The notes below the pieces were generated by a model. The model worked only from the letters and a program-made list of their open reading frames with translations. It searched no databases and was not told the origin of the DNA. Position numbers and translations under genes: made by a program. Positions 28,718 through 37,986 of a stretch of 64,000 nucleotides of DNA are shown piece after piece. Within the stretch, counting starts at the first letter, position 1. Each line of letters starts with the position of its first letter. This DNA is from a virus (Duplodnaviria; Caudoviricetes). The stretch lies in the IMG/VR virus record IMGVR_UViG_3300021093_000004; one strand, 5' to 3'.

Positions 28718-29681
28718 GCGGGATCTCTAAAGATTGCCGTTTTAATGCATTGATAGTATTATCATATGCAATCTGCCGCATAAATTCACATTGCCATTCG
28801 GTAATCCCGAATGATTTGGCATATTCAAATTCTTTAGCCAGCGTAGTTCCACATTGAACCGGATCGTCGCTACCCAATGTAGTTCGTAATCCGGCTTGCA
28901 ACATTTTAGTAATTGGATGAAATGCTGGATGCGGCCAGACGCCTGTTACATAATTACTGGTCAACGATAGATCAAATGTAATTCCTCGCTCGATTGCAGC
29001 TTGGACAAATTCCGGATAATCAACAATCTTGATGCCATGGGCAATATTTGATACCCCTAACTCCATTATCGAATGGAAAATATTCGCTGCTGATTGTGAT
29101 TCGCCAACATGTGCTCGTGTGATTTTTCCGGCAGCATGCCAATCATGAAATAACGGCTTATAAAACTTACTATCGAAGTAAGCCTCATCCCCTACAAGAT
29201 CGATTCCCAATAAACATTCAGCTACTTCAGCGTTCTCGATGAGTTTAGCGTATTGCTTTTGGCTAGCCCGCGTGCTTTCGTATTTGATGGACAGAATTAG
29301 TCCAACACCACCGGGTCGATGGCGTTCGAATGATTCGTGAATAAAATGGATGGCTTGATGTTTATGCCATCCTATGTTCATGTACTTGTTAATCGAGAAA
29401 TCGATCCAAGCATAACCAACGCCTTGTGCGTCGAGAAATCTACAGACGGCTGCGATGGACTGATCGATTAATGCCTCAGTCCATCGCAGTTCATCCAAAA
29501 TCCTGAATTTATCGAGAAACCGGTGAAAATCACGCGGTTCTCCATCAGTGAACATCATCTGACTGCATACATCCTCATAGGATTCTGCCAAATGTTTCAA
29601 ATTGAGATCTTGAATCACTTGCCAGACAAATTCTGGTGGGATACAACCGCCAAGATGTAAATGAGGATCTATAACAACCAC
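28701..29681 (-). CDS. Adenosine deaminase-family amidohydrolase
   Basis: DPHLHLGG (HxH), GIDLVGDE, AHVGES, AHG, LGSDDP. Confidence 0.9.
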   Translation of the reverse strand: MVVIDPHLHLGGCIPPEFVWQVIQDLNLKHLAESYEDVCSQMMFTDGEPRDFHRFLDKFRILDELRWTEALIDQSIAAVCRFLDAQGVGYAWIDFSINKYMNIGWHKHQAIHFIHESFERHRPGGVGLILSIKYESTRASQKQYAKLIENAEVAECLLGIDLVGDEAYFDSKFYKPLFHDWHAAGKITRAHVGESQSAANIFHSIMELGVSNIAHGIKIVDYPEFVQAAIERGITFDLSLTSNYVTGVWPHPAFHPITKMLQAGLRTTLGSDDPVQCGTTLAKEFEYAKSFGITEWQCEFMRQIAYDNTINALKRQSLEIPPSLQT

Positions 29682-29735
29682 TGATTAATTCCTAAAGAAT
29701 TGTTACGTCCAATAACTCGGTAATGCCGTTATCTT

Positions 29736-30050
29736 CTATGTTTCGGTACTGGGAAAATCAGCAAACCACTTCGCTATCCGTTCTGCCCACGATTGCAGTT
29801 CTTCTTTACGAATCACGTAATCGAGTGGGATTGAGTACGCAACTAACCCGTCTTTACCCAGACCAAGATCACACACAATACCATCGATAGGACCCGTTGG
29901 GCTTTGGAGAATCTTTCTCCCGATAGTGATAACTGTGCTTTTGATAAATGGCTCAGGCGGTGAAACATCCAAATATTCAAGCACAATCCAAAATGGAACA
30001 TAAACCGTTGTGCCGGGGGTGATATCAGTTAAAATCATAGAATTCATCAA
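29736..30050 (-). CDS. Hypothetical protein
   Basis: 104-aa ORF. Confidence 0.55.
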   Translation of the reverse strand: MMNSMILTDITPGTTVYVPFWIVLEYLDVSPPEPFIKSTVITIGRKILQSPTGPIDGIVCDLGLGKDGLVAYSIPLDYVIRKEELQSWAERIAKWFADFPSTET

Positions 30051-30378
30051 CGCTTGTTAGCGATACAGCCGCTTTTAGTTGTTGGCAGACCTTATGTAAA
30101 GGGCTGTCCGGTGTTGGCATCGTGCAGATCTCCAATACTTCGCTAACCATGATTTCGTTCGCTTGCCGATTTAGGCGGTATCCACCGCCAGATGACTGTA
30201 ATAAGCAAACTTTAACCATACGTGGGAGGATTTTTTGGACGTAGCTTACCGTGGCCTGAATTCTATTATCTGCTTGGATAAGGTTTGCAATTTCCTTTGA
30301 ATCATATCTGCCCGGATTGCGATGGAGAACTCGCAATATCTCGAAAACATATTCTAGGCCACGCCATTCAGCTAACAT
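30025..30378 (-). CDS. Rrf2-like winged-helix regulator
   Basis: YVQKILPRMVKVCLLQSSGGGYRLNRQANEIMVSEVLE. Confidence 0.7.
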   Translation of the reverse strand: MLAEWRGLEYVFEILRVLHRNPGRYDSKEIANLIQADNRIQATVSYVQKILPRMVKVCLLQSSGGGYRLNRQANEIMVSEVLEICTMPTPDSPLHKVCQQLKAAVSLTSVDEFYDFN

Positions 30379-30458
30379 ATATTACTCCGATGTTCATATT
30401 TATCGATGGAAATGATTTTATGGCATTAAAATAACGTGGAAAGCACAACGGAAACAAT

Positions 30459-30983
30459 ATGCATCACTCAGCTTATGTAAATTGCGAAAAATTTGTTAAT
30501 AAGTATTGCCATTGTTTAGTAGGTAAAAAAGTTCTAGATGTCGGATCTTATAATGTCAATGGAACTCTTAAACCACTATTCGAAACCTCAGAATACATAG
30601 GTTTAGATGTAGCTCCTGGGCCAAATGTTGATATACTCTTACGAGCACACAAAATACCATTCACAGATAATTATTTTGACATAGTAATCTCATCATCTTG
30701 CTTTGAACATGATGATATGTTTTGGGAGACGTTTTTAGAAATGTGTAGGGTTACTAAGCCCGATGGATTGATATACATACAAGTACCATCAAACGGACCA
30801 TACCATGGTTACCCGGTTGATAATTGGAGGTTTTACCTCGACAGTTGGAAAGCTTTAGAAAAATGGGGCAGACATAAAACATATGATATTACCCTAATTG
30901 AACATTATATCGATGCTACTACGTGTGAATTTTGGAATGATTCTATCGGGATTTATAGAAAGAATTCAGCACCGTTCATTTAA
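30459..30983 (+). CDS. Class I SAM-dependent methyltransferase
   Basis: VLDVGSYNVNG, YIGLDVAPGPNVD, FDIVISSSCFEHD. Confidence 0.9.
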   Translation: MHHSAYVNCEKFVNKYCHCLVGKKVLDVGSYNVNGTLKPLFETSEYIGLDVAPGPNVDILLRAHKIPFTDNYFDIVISSSCFEHDDMFWETFLEMCRVTKPDGLIYIQVPSNGPYHGYPVDNWRFYLDSWKALEKWGRHKTYDITLIEHYIDATTCEFWNDSIGIYRKNSAPFI

Positions 30984-31300
30984 CCCCCACCCCTCCCGCC
31001 ACACTCAATCGCCGGGCCAACTGAGACCCCGGCGACCATTGGACGTACACCACCGACCAGGGTGATCCTACTGAACCGGGTATACCCCCCCAACCCCTAA
31101 GTATTGGTAGGGGGATTATAGGGGGGACCCATCCTATATGGCCAGGTGACTCTCCCCCTCGAATATATTTTTCCGTGTGACGCGACTATATGGAGGAATT
31201 ATTACTCGTCAAAGAACAGACGTTCGGAGGTGGGGGATTTCGGGGCATCGGGTGTGCTTTCCATTGGTTTCAATGCCCCTTCGACATTCGCACATGTTCT

Positions 31301-31459
31301 TCATGTTGTGCTTTTGATCTGTGCCAGCATTTCCCGATTGAGGGCCTTTGCTTCTTCCATGCGTTTCGTGGGGATCTTCCCCACTAGAACTAGGCCAATG
31401 AGGTTGAGTTCCTCTTGGGTCAGGTTCAGGTGCCATTGGGCTTTGATTTTGATTTGCAT
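31301..31459 (-). CDS. Hypothetical 52-aa protein
   Basis: Starts 2 nt after the upstream stop (TAATAATG). Confidence 0.55.
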   Translation of the reverse strand: MQIKIKAQWHLNLTQEELNLIGLVLVGKIPTKRMEEAKALNREMLAQIKSTT

Positions 31460-31461
31460 TA

Positions 31462-31779
31462 TTACCACATGAACTGTAGGTCGATTGCACAGTGACCCCA
31501 GCCGACGCTCAGGGTGTAGGCGGTGCGTCCGTGGGGTTTGTGGCCTACGGTTACGATGAGGTTGACGGCGAAAGTGACCAGTATTTCGTGCAATACGTCT
31601 TGTGATTTTCCCGCTTCTTCGACCCATGGGATTGCTATTAGGTCGAGGTCACGGGCCAGACTCCCGTGGACGGCCAGTGTCTAGCCGTGGGAACGGGCAA
31701 TTTGGGCCAGTTCGGGGTACATGGCGGTGGCATAGGTGGGTGCATTATTAGGGGCTGGTTTCTTTTCTAGGTCGCTCAT
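31462..31779 (-). pseudogene. Conserved phage protein with in-frame TAG at 31681-31683
   Basis: YPELAQIARSHG*TLAVHGSLARDLDLIAIPWVE; frame open on both sides, 106 codons. Confidence 0.75.
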
Positions 31780-31782
31780 TTG

Positions 31783-31875
31783 ATTGGGTCCCCCCGGAAT
31801 TTTATTGGGTCCCCCCGGAATTTGATTGGGTCCCCCGGTGATCTCGATGGGTCCCTCCGGTTAATTTTGGGTCCT
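31783..31875. repeat. Phased direct repeats, GGGTCC core at 31786, 31807, 31828, 31849, 31869
   Basis: Spacing 21, 21, 21, 20 bp in a divergent intergenic region. Confidence 0.85.
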
Positions 31876-32041
31876 CCTGCATGGGTCGATTTACCGTATT
31901 GACTTTTTATGTAACAGGAGCGTGGGACTATTTTGTTCTTTACTCTTGAGGAGTGATATATGAGTACCGATGGCGTTCGGGATTGGCGGGATGAGCCTGC
32001 GACTGAGCAGTGGGGTCATCGATTTGGGAGTGGATGGTTAA

Positions 32042-32336
32042 TATGATGTTGTTGCCACCGGGGAAGGACGTGTGTCCGGTATGTGCGGTGAAGCATGATC
32101 CGAATTTGCCGCATAATGCGGAGTCGCTATATTATCAGCAGCGGTTCTTTGCGTTGCGGGGGCGGTGGCCGCATTGGGCTGATGCTATGGCCCATTGTGT
32201 AGAGGAGGTCCGGGATCTTTGGGCTCTGCAATTACGGCAGTTAGGCCGGTGGACTGATCCGGTTAATGAGCCGATTGCCGATCCGCCTGCTGAGTCGTTT
32301 AGTCAGGTGGTGGAGTTTGGTGGGCCTGAATTGTGA
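32042..32336 (+). CDS. Conserved phage hypothetical protein (CPVCAVKH Zn motif)
   Basis: LLPPGKDVCPVCAVKHDPNLPHNAESLYYQ...GRWPHWADAMAHC; frame from ORF 32010, start approximate. Confidence 0.7.
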
Positions 32337-32346
32337 GGGTGCACCA

Positions 32347-32478
32347 TTATCCTCTGTAGCTGGGGCTGACGAGTAGTCGGTGTTCGTAGTCGTTGAGGAG
32401 TTTGAGGCTCTTGGCTTGGCTTCGGATAGATTCTAGAATTTCTTTCGGATAGCTGAAGTCCGTGATCAATATATCCAT
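32347..32478 (-). CDS. Hypothetical 43-aa protein
   Basis: MDILITDFSYPKEILES... Confidence 0.35.
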   Translation of the reverse strand: MDILITDFSYPKEILESIRSQAKSLKLLNDYEHRLLVSPSYRG

Positions 32479-32633
32479 ATTTAAAAAATATGTGTCATCA
32501 GGTAGGTCTGGTCCATATTGGACAGGAATAGATGAAGCACTGGGGAAAGTGGCAATGCACTAACCATGCAGCACCCAAGCCGTCAAATCAGTTGGCATGG
32601 TACAGAACAGTGTCGATGTTGCCGTTCATGGTT

Positions 32634-33164
32634 TTATCCCTTCAACCAGAAAGGAATCATACCGCCTAAAATAATGATACACACAACGGTGATAATCCAG
32701 CCAAAAAATATGAGTCGATGGCTAGGATATTGGGCGATATAGTCAGGGGCAGTGATCACACCGCCCTCTTTCGTGTGATCAATGAGGGTTTCGCGGAGTT
32801 TTATAAGGGTGTTCGCCTTGTCGGTTTCAGTCAGCCCGGACGGTAAGTGCTTGAGGTTCTCGTGGCTATACTTGAGTTTTTTGTGCCATTCACAAACGTC
32901 ATTGGTAGGTGTGGCCCAGAAGATGCCGGTGTTGCCGGTGGTGAGTTGATGCTCTTCAATATAGTCGATGGCTTTACCTAGCCGTTCTTGGGCTAATTCG
33001 ATGCTGTTCGCGTCAGCGGCCAGTTTGAGGTATCCGCCGCATTGTTGATTGAATCGGACATTGTTGACATAATACCATGATATTTGGACTATCGGGAAGC
33101 CGATGGAAAAGAGGATGGCGATAGTGGTGAAGATCTTCGTGGAATTGGACCTAGACTGTCTCAT
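32634..33164 (-). CDS. Two-TM membrane protein
   Basis: N- and C-terminal hydrophobic helices. Confidence 0.7.
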   Translation of the reverse strand: MRQSRSNSTKIFTTIAILFSIGFPIVQISWYYVNNVRFNQQCGGYLKLAADANSIELAQERLGKAIDYIEEHQLTTGNTGIFWATPTNDVCEWHKKLKYSHENLKHLPSGLTETDKANTLIKLRETLIDHTKEGGVITAPDYIAQYPSHRLIFFGWIITVVCIIILGGMIPFWLKG

Positions 33165-33282
33165 CAATTTTCTCCAGTGTACGTCGGGCGGAGCGTTTGG
33201 TGTGTTTTGAGCATGGTGGCGGTGTACATCATGTGTGAGGTGGTAGCGTGGTTGGCAGTCAAACGCAAATGGCACAAACAGC

Positions 33283-33685
33283 ATGGCTACAAGAATGGTA
33301 ACCAAAGTCCCCGGCTGCCCAGTTGCGTAACCGCGACACAAAATATCGACGCGGCGGATTCGCGTGAGCGTGACTGCCTAGCAATCACCCTGTGCTTGCC
33401 TTTAAGGCCGAGATTGCCAGGCAAGCTGCGATGCACAAATCGTTTAGGGGTTCGGTCGGGGTAATGATTATGGCGTGGTTTCCAATGCCGAAGAGTTTGA
33501 GCAAACAAAAGGCAGAAAAGATGGCTGGCGAATATCACACGTCTAAGCCGGACCTAGACAACACTGCCAAAGCCGTGCTAGACGCCTTGTGTGTTTCCTT
33601 GGGTGACGATTGCAAAGTAGTTGATTTAAGGGTGCGTAAACGATGGGCGGCTACTATGCACCGGGGACCACAGTTATTTACATAG
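33283..33685 (+). pseudogene. rusA: RusA-family Holliday junction resolvase with decayed N-terminus
   Basis: KPDLDNTAKAVLDAL...GDD intact; VPGCPVA*PR (TAA 33328), a frameshift, and TGA at 33365 and 33371. Confidence 0.7.
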
Positions 33686-33692
33686 AAGATCT

Positions 33693-34127
33693 TCATTTAA
33701 TGCGATCAATAAGCTGTCGCACATTGTGATATAATTTTAGCCCCTTCATATCGGCTAATTTAAACCATCCGAGAGCCGCAAATTCGTGGTTATTTTCCAA
33801 TCGTTGATTAGACGATGTAACCTTACAATGAATGAACGCGACCCCTTTTTTAGTCGATAGTTGTATGGGCTTTCCGACTGCCCTGCAACGGATATTAGTT
33901 TCTTCTCGCACTTCCCGAACCACCGCTTCTTCTGGTGATTCTCCACGTTTGAGGTGTCCGCCGGGAAACACCCATTTGCCTGCTCGGTCATCATCAGTGT
34001 TGCGAGCTAACCCCAATAACCATTTATCGTGCCATCGGACTATACCAACTGCCGCCTTGAAGTCCTCTTTAAAGGCTTCAGTAAGTACAGAATCGAGAAT
34101 GCCGTCAAATTCTAAAAGTAAAGCCAT
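33693..34127 (-). CDS. Nudix hydrolase
   Basis: PGGHLKRGESPEEAVVREVREETNI Nudix box. Confidence 0.9.
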   Translation of the reverse strand: MALLLEFDGILDSVLTEAFKEDFKAAVGIVRWHDKWLLGLARNTDDDRAGKWVFPGGHLKRGESPEEAVVREVREETNIRCRAVGKPIQLSTKKGVAFIHCKVTSSNQRLENNHEFAALGWFKLADMKGLKLYHNVRQLIDRIK

Positions 34128-34234
34128 ATCGCTATATTTGTCAAAGATACTGTAATTCTTAACAGCCTGACAATGCACCGCAACGGAAATGTATTGGGGA
34201 TTTGGACCTAATAAACCAAACCAGGACATTCAGA

Positions 34235-36079
34235 ATGAAATCAATGTATACGACTGATGAAATCGCGAAGTTGTTCAATGTTGACCCGAGCACAGTATTG
34301 AAATGGTTCAACTCCGGAGCACTCAGGGGTTATCGAATCCCCGGAACACAGAACCGTCGAACTGCGCGTGAGTACTTGGTTCAATTCTGTAAACAACACG
34401 GAATTAATCTTCCGGAGCCACTCATCGGCCCCGAACGGTCCAGCCTGCTGACCGGTCGCCGCCCTGAATCTGAGGTACAAAGGGGTATTGGGGAATCAAC
34501 TATGAAGTCGATGACATTGGCACAAAAGCTCAATCAGAAATTCGCTGACGATCCAATTCTTTCTGAATTTGATGCATTATACGAAACTTCAATATCGAGC
34601 CACCGCTTCATCAATCAGGATGATCTTCGACAACATCTCGTCGAAGGTGCCCTCTTGAATGTCGGCGTTCTTGCGTCAAAGGCTCTGTCCATTCCACGCG
34701 GCGATTACATGGTTTGGATGACGGATGCCGGGCATACTATGCTGGTCCCGGTATCTGAGAATCAAAAGCCGCGAGAAGTCTTTGAACATTCAAACGACCA
34801 ATATGATATATTCACTAATACCTTGCTCCAGAATTGGAAGAAGCTGGAACGCACACTATCTGAAGACGATGAAGGCGAAAACGAAGAAAAAGAAGAAAAA
34901 GAAGAAAAATCGAAAAACGAAATCCTTACACACATCAACGTCGATACAGTTGACCGTATGCCGATCTTGCGAGCAATGCAAGATCGCGGCCACACGGTAA
35001 CAAGCCTCGCCAATGAGGTTGGGGTCGACCCACCAGCGATCTCTCGAATTCTCCGAACACCAAAAGACGTTCAAGGAGATCCCAAAGGTCGAAATCCGAG
35101 CATGGGGATGGCATCCCAAATCTGTGCTGAACTGCGATTAGACCCAACCGCCGCGTTTCCGGACATTTTCGGAAGCAGCAGTCGATACGAGCCACGCAAA
35201 ACACCGGGAAACCGTGGCAGTGGAATGAGCGGAGCCGCTTCTGGCTCCAAAAGAAAAGGCCGTGGCACCGAAAAATATACGCAAGGCAATACTTCAGAAG
35301 GATTCACGCGACGTTCTGATACCCTTTCCGAAAGTATGATAGAAGCTGCAAAACGAGACATTGATGAGCTTGAAGATGAGCTTGAAATGGAAAGTGGTGC
35401 GATGGCCCGCACCACCGCTGAAGAATTCGCACAACGTTTTGATGTTCTCTGCGAAGCAATTGCCCTGTCTGGCTTGCCGTTCAATACTTATTGGGAATCT
35501 TACGCTCGTCCAACATTGACAGAAGGAAATTGTCGAACTGTCGATGAATTACTAAACGAATTCTGGTGGCCATTCGGAAGTAATCAGTCTTCACCAGCCG
35601 CAAAGACAGCCCCAAAGACAACCCCAAAGACAACCGCACCGCCATTAGATCCACAATCAGCAGCAGCCAATAAACTGTACGCCGATCGTTTGGCAGCCAG
35701 AAAGCAAGCTGGCATTAAACCGGGATTGATTCCCGGCCATGAGCTGCGTGCGGATCGATTTGAAGCTCAAAAGCAAGCTATGAATGAGCGAATTGTCGCT
35801 CCGATCAAAAAAGCTTTCGCCTCTGCGATGAACTTATTCTTGCGGCAGATGCAAGAATTGCAATACAACAAGAATATTGGAGATAAGGACGCGCCGCACG
35901 CTTGGAAGTTGGCCCAGAACTTCTATAACGCAATGATGCAACGAGCGGCTGAATTCCAACCCAATTGGCGTCGGATGAAACCCGGCGAGACGCTCGGTTA
36001 TCGCGGAGCTTATGACCAAGCTCGCGGAGCATATCAGAGCAACGAGTTACCCCGTAACTGGAGGCTGAAACAAGGGTGA
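34235..36079 (+). CDS. Multidomain protein: N-terminal excisionase-type HTH, central XRE HTH, acidic linkers
   Basis: YTTDEIAKLFNVDPSTVLKWFNSGALRGYRIPGTQNRR; RGHTVTSLANEVGVDPPAISRIL. Confidence 0.75.
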   Translation: MKSMYTTDEIAKLFNVDPSTVLKWFNSGALRGYRIPGTQNRRTAREYLVQFCKQHGINLPEPLIGPERSSLLTGRRPESEVQRGIGESTMKSMTLAQKLNQKFADDPILSEFDALYETSISSHRFINQDDLRQHLVEGALLNVGVLASKALSIPRGDYMVWMTDAGHTMLVPVSENQKPREVFEHSNDQYDIFTNTLLQNWKKLERTLSEDDEGENEEKEEKEEKSKNEILTHINVDTVDRMPILRAMQDRGHTVTSLANEVGVDPPAISRILRTPKDVQGDPKGRNPSMGMASQICAELRLDPTAAFPDIFGSSSRYEPRKTPGNRGSGMSGAASGSKRKGRGTEKYTQGNTSEGFTRRSDTLSESMIEAAKRDIDELEDELEMESGAMARTTAEEFAQRFDVLCEAIALSGLPFNTYWESYARPTLTEGNCRTVDELLNEFWWPFGSNQSSPAAKTAPKTTPKTTAPPLDPQSAAANKLYADRLAARKQAGIKPGLIPGHELRADRFEAQKQAMNERIVAPIKKAFASAMNLFLRQMQELQYNKNIGDKDAPHAWKLAQNFYNAMMQRAAEFQPNWRRMKPGETLGYRGAYDQARGAYQSNELPRNWRLKQG

Positions 36080-36132
36080 CTTTCGGAGGTGTCGAAATGC
36101 AGCGAATCAGGTTCTCAAGAAAGTCTAGGTGG

Positions 36133-36579
36133 AGCATGAATATCGTCGAATTCGTAGCCTCCGCAATCACAGATGATCCAGACATTCTTAATGAAGAAGC
36201 TCTAAGTACATCCGGTATAGCACCCGGCATGGCATCTGGCGAAACACCCGGTGGTGCTCCTGCGGGTGCCGATAAACCGATGAATGCTACGGAAATAAGC
36301 CAAGAAGCCGAAGAAGTAGCCGGTAACAAGGATTCATCCAAACAAGCCGAAGAGCTACTGAAAGCTCAAGAAGAGGCGAAAAAGGCGGAAAAATTAGAGC
36401 GGCAACGAATAATTAAGCCGCAAATGGAAAAATTGAATTCATCGCTCGACAAATTGCGCACCGGAGTCACACAAAGTACTGCAAATACTCAAAATGCTGG
36501 AGAAAAGCTTGGTAATCTTGATACCGAGATGACCACTATCCGCACATTGATCGGTAATCTCGAAAAGACCTTCATGTAA
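36133..36579 (+). CDS. Hypothetical coiled-coil protein
   Basis: ORF 36076-36579; probable start MNIVEF. Confidence 0.65.
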   Translation, partial: SMNIVEFVASAITDDPDILNEEALSTSGIAPGMASGETPGGAPAGADKPMNATEISQEAEEVAGNKDSSKQAEELLKAQEEAKKAEKLERQRIIKPQMEKLNSSLDKLRTGVTQSTANTQNAGEKLGNLDTEMTTIRTLIGNLEKTFM

Positions 36580-36675
36580 TCACATGGCGGCAACCCGCCT
36601 AATTTGACATTAGCGAATTCAGTCTAACTTGGTGGGGGACCAGATGACAAGTTCGATCTGAAATTTAAATAGGTT

Positions 36676-37986
36676 ATGTTGCACCACCATGTAGTTCGAA
36701 ATTCGAAACCAAATGTGATTATTATAATCACCGACCAGCAGCGTTTCGATGCTGTTGGCTATGTTAATCCAAATATTATTACTCCGAATCTTAATAAATT
36801 AGCCAGCGAATCCGTGATTTGTGCAGAAGCATTTGTACAAAGCCCCCAATGTCAGCCGAGCAGAGCATCAATATTGACTGGTCGTTATCCCACCGCTCAT
36901 CGAGTGTGGTGGAATGAAACCAAACTGGCTCCAACTGAATTGACTATTGGGAACTATTTCGAGGCGGCTGGATATTCAACTGGATATTTTGGTAAATTGC
37001 ATATTGATGGAGATTCAGATTATACATCGGTTGCGAAGCACTTTGGATTCCGACATACGTTTCTGTCCGAAGATTGGCAGCTAATGGCTACCGGCAAACT
37101 ATTGCAGACCGGAAAATCGATTCCTAACAGAATCAGAGAAGAATTCTTCGGGCCGATGGCGACCAAAACGTGGGTTGGTCAGTTAAGTAATCGATCTCTG
37201 CATCATGAAGATATGATTACAACAAAGGCCGTGGAATTTATCCAGTCTCAAACTGAGCCGTACTTAGCAGTCATTAGTTATAATGGGCCACATCCTCCAT
37301 ATGCGGCTCCGACAGAATTTAGTCAACTCTACGATCCATCGACTCTTTCGGTACCAAAAGAGCGGGTCCCAAATTTAATGGGCCATGTATTATCGTCATC
37401 CGAATGGCGTGAATTAAAACGCCAATATTATGGAGCCGTGTCTTGGATTGATGATAATGTTGGACGTATCTTGAGCATTGACCAGTCAGCGATTGTGGTC
37501 TTTCTATCGGATCATGGTGATATTTTAGGTGATCATGGCCTATTTTCTAAGGGGATCTTTGCTTACGATGGTAATATTAGAATTCCATTATTATTTAAAA
37601 TCCCTGGCGTAAACCCGTCTGATTACCGGCATTTGGTACAGACTATTGATATACTTCCAACATTACTACATGCTGTCGGGGTCGGAGGAACACCCGGAAT
37701 TCAAGGAAAATCGTTATTGGAGCATTTTAAGTCAGATACGGCTGCTAATAATTATGTGATTAGTATGTTATGCCATAGTCAGCGGTTACGAATGATCCGC
37801 ACTAAATCTTGGAAATATTGGGTTCATGGGGCTAGAGAGTTCCTCTATGATCTACAGAACGATCCGTCTGAGGAGCGGAACATAGCCCATTCAGGGAAAC
37901 ATGCTTTACATGCAGCTAGGTATGGTTTGCTGCAAGCACTCATACACTGTGAAGATCCGTTGCCGCTTCCGCGACCGGTTTATTGA
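36676..37986 (+). CDS. Type I (formylglycine-dependent) sulfatase
   Basis: IITDQQR, CQPSRASILTGRY (CxPxR), GKLH, GPHPP, SDHGD. Confidence 0.95.
   Translation: MLHHHVVRNSKPNVIIIITDQQRFDAVGYVNPNIITPNLNKLASESVICAEAFVQSPQCQPSRASILTGRYPTAHRVWWNETKLAPTELTIGNYFEAAGYSTGYFGKLHIDGDSDYTSVAKHFGFRHTFLSEDWQLMATGKLLQTGKSIPNRIREEFFGPMATKTWVGQLSNRSLHHEDMITTKAVEFIQSQTEPYLAVISYNGPHPPYAAPTEFSQLYDPSTLSVPKERVPNLMGHVLSSSEWRELKRQYYGAVSWIDDNVGRILSIDQSAIVVFLSDHGDILGDHGLFSKGIFAYDGNIRIPLLFKIPGVNPSDYRHLVQTIDILPTLLHAVGVGGTPGIQGKSLLEHFKSDTAANNYVISMLCHSQRLRMIRTKSWKYWVHGAREFLYDLQNDPSEERNIAHSGKHALHAARYGLLQALIHCEDPLPLPRPVY

Noticed and set aside
36586-36660. tRNA gene
   Set aside because: A GTTCGA and a D-loop-like stretch are present, but I cannot build an acceptor stem or anticodon arm.
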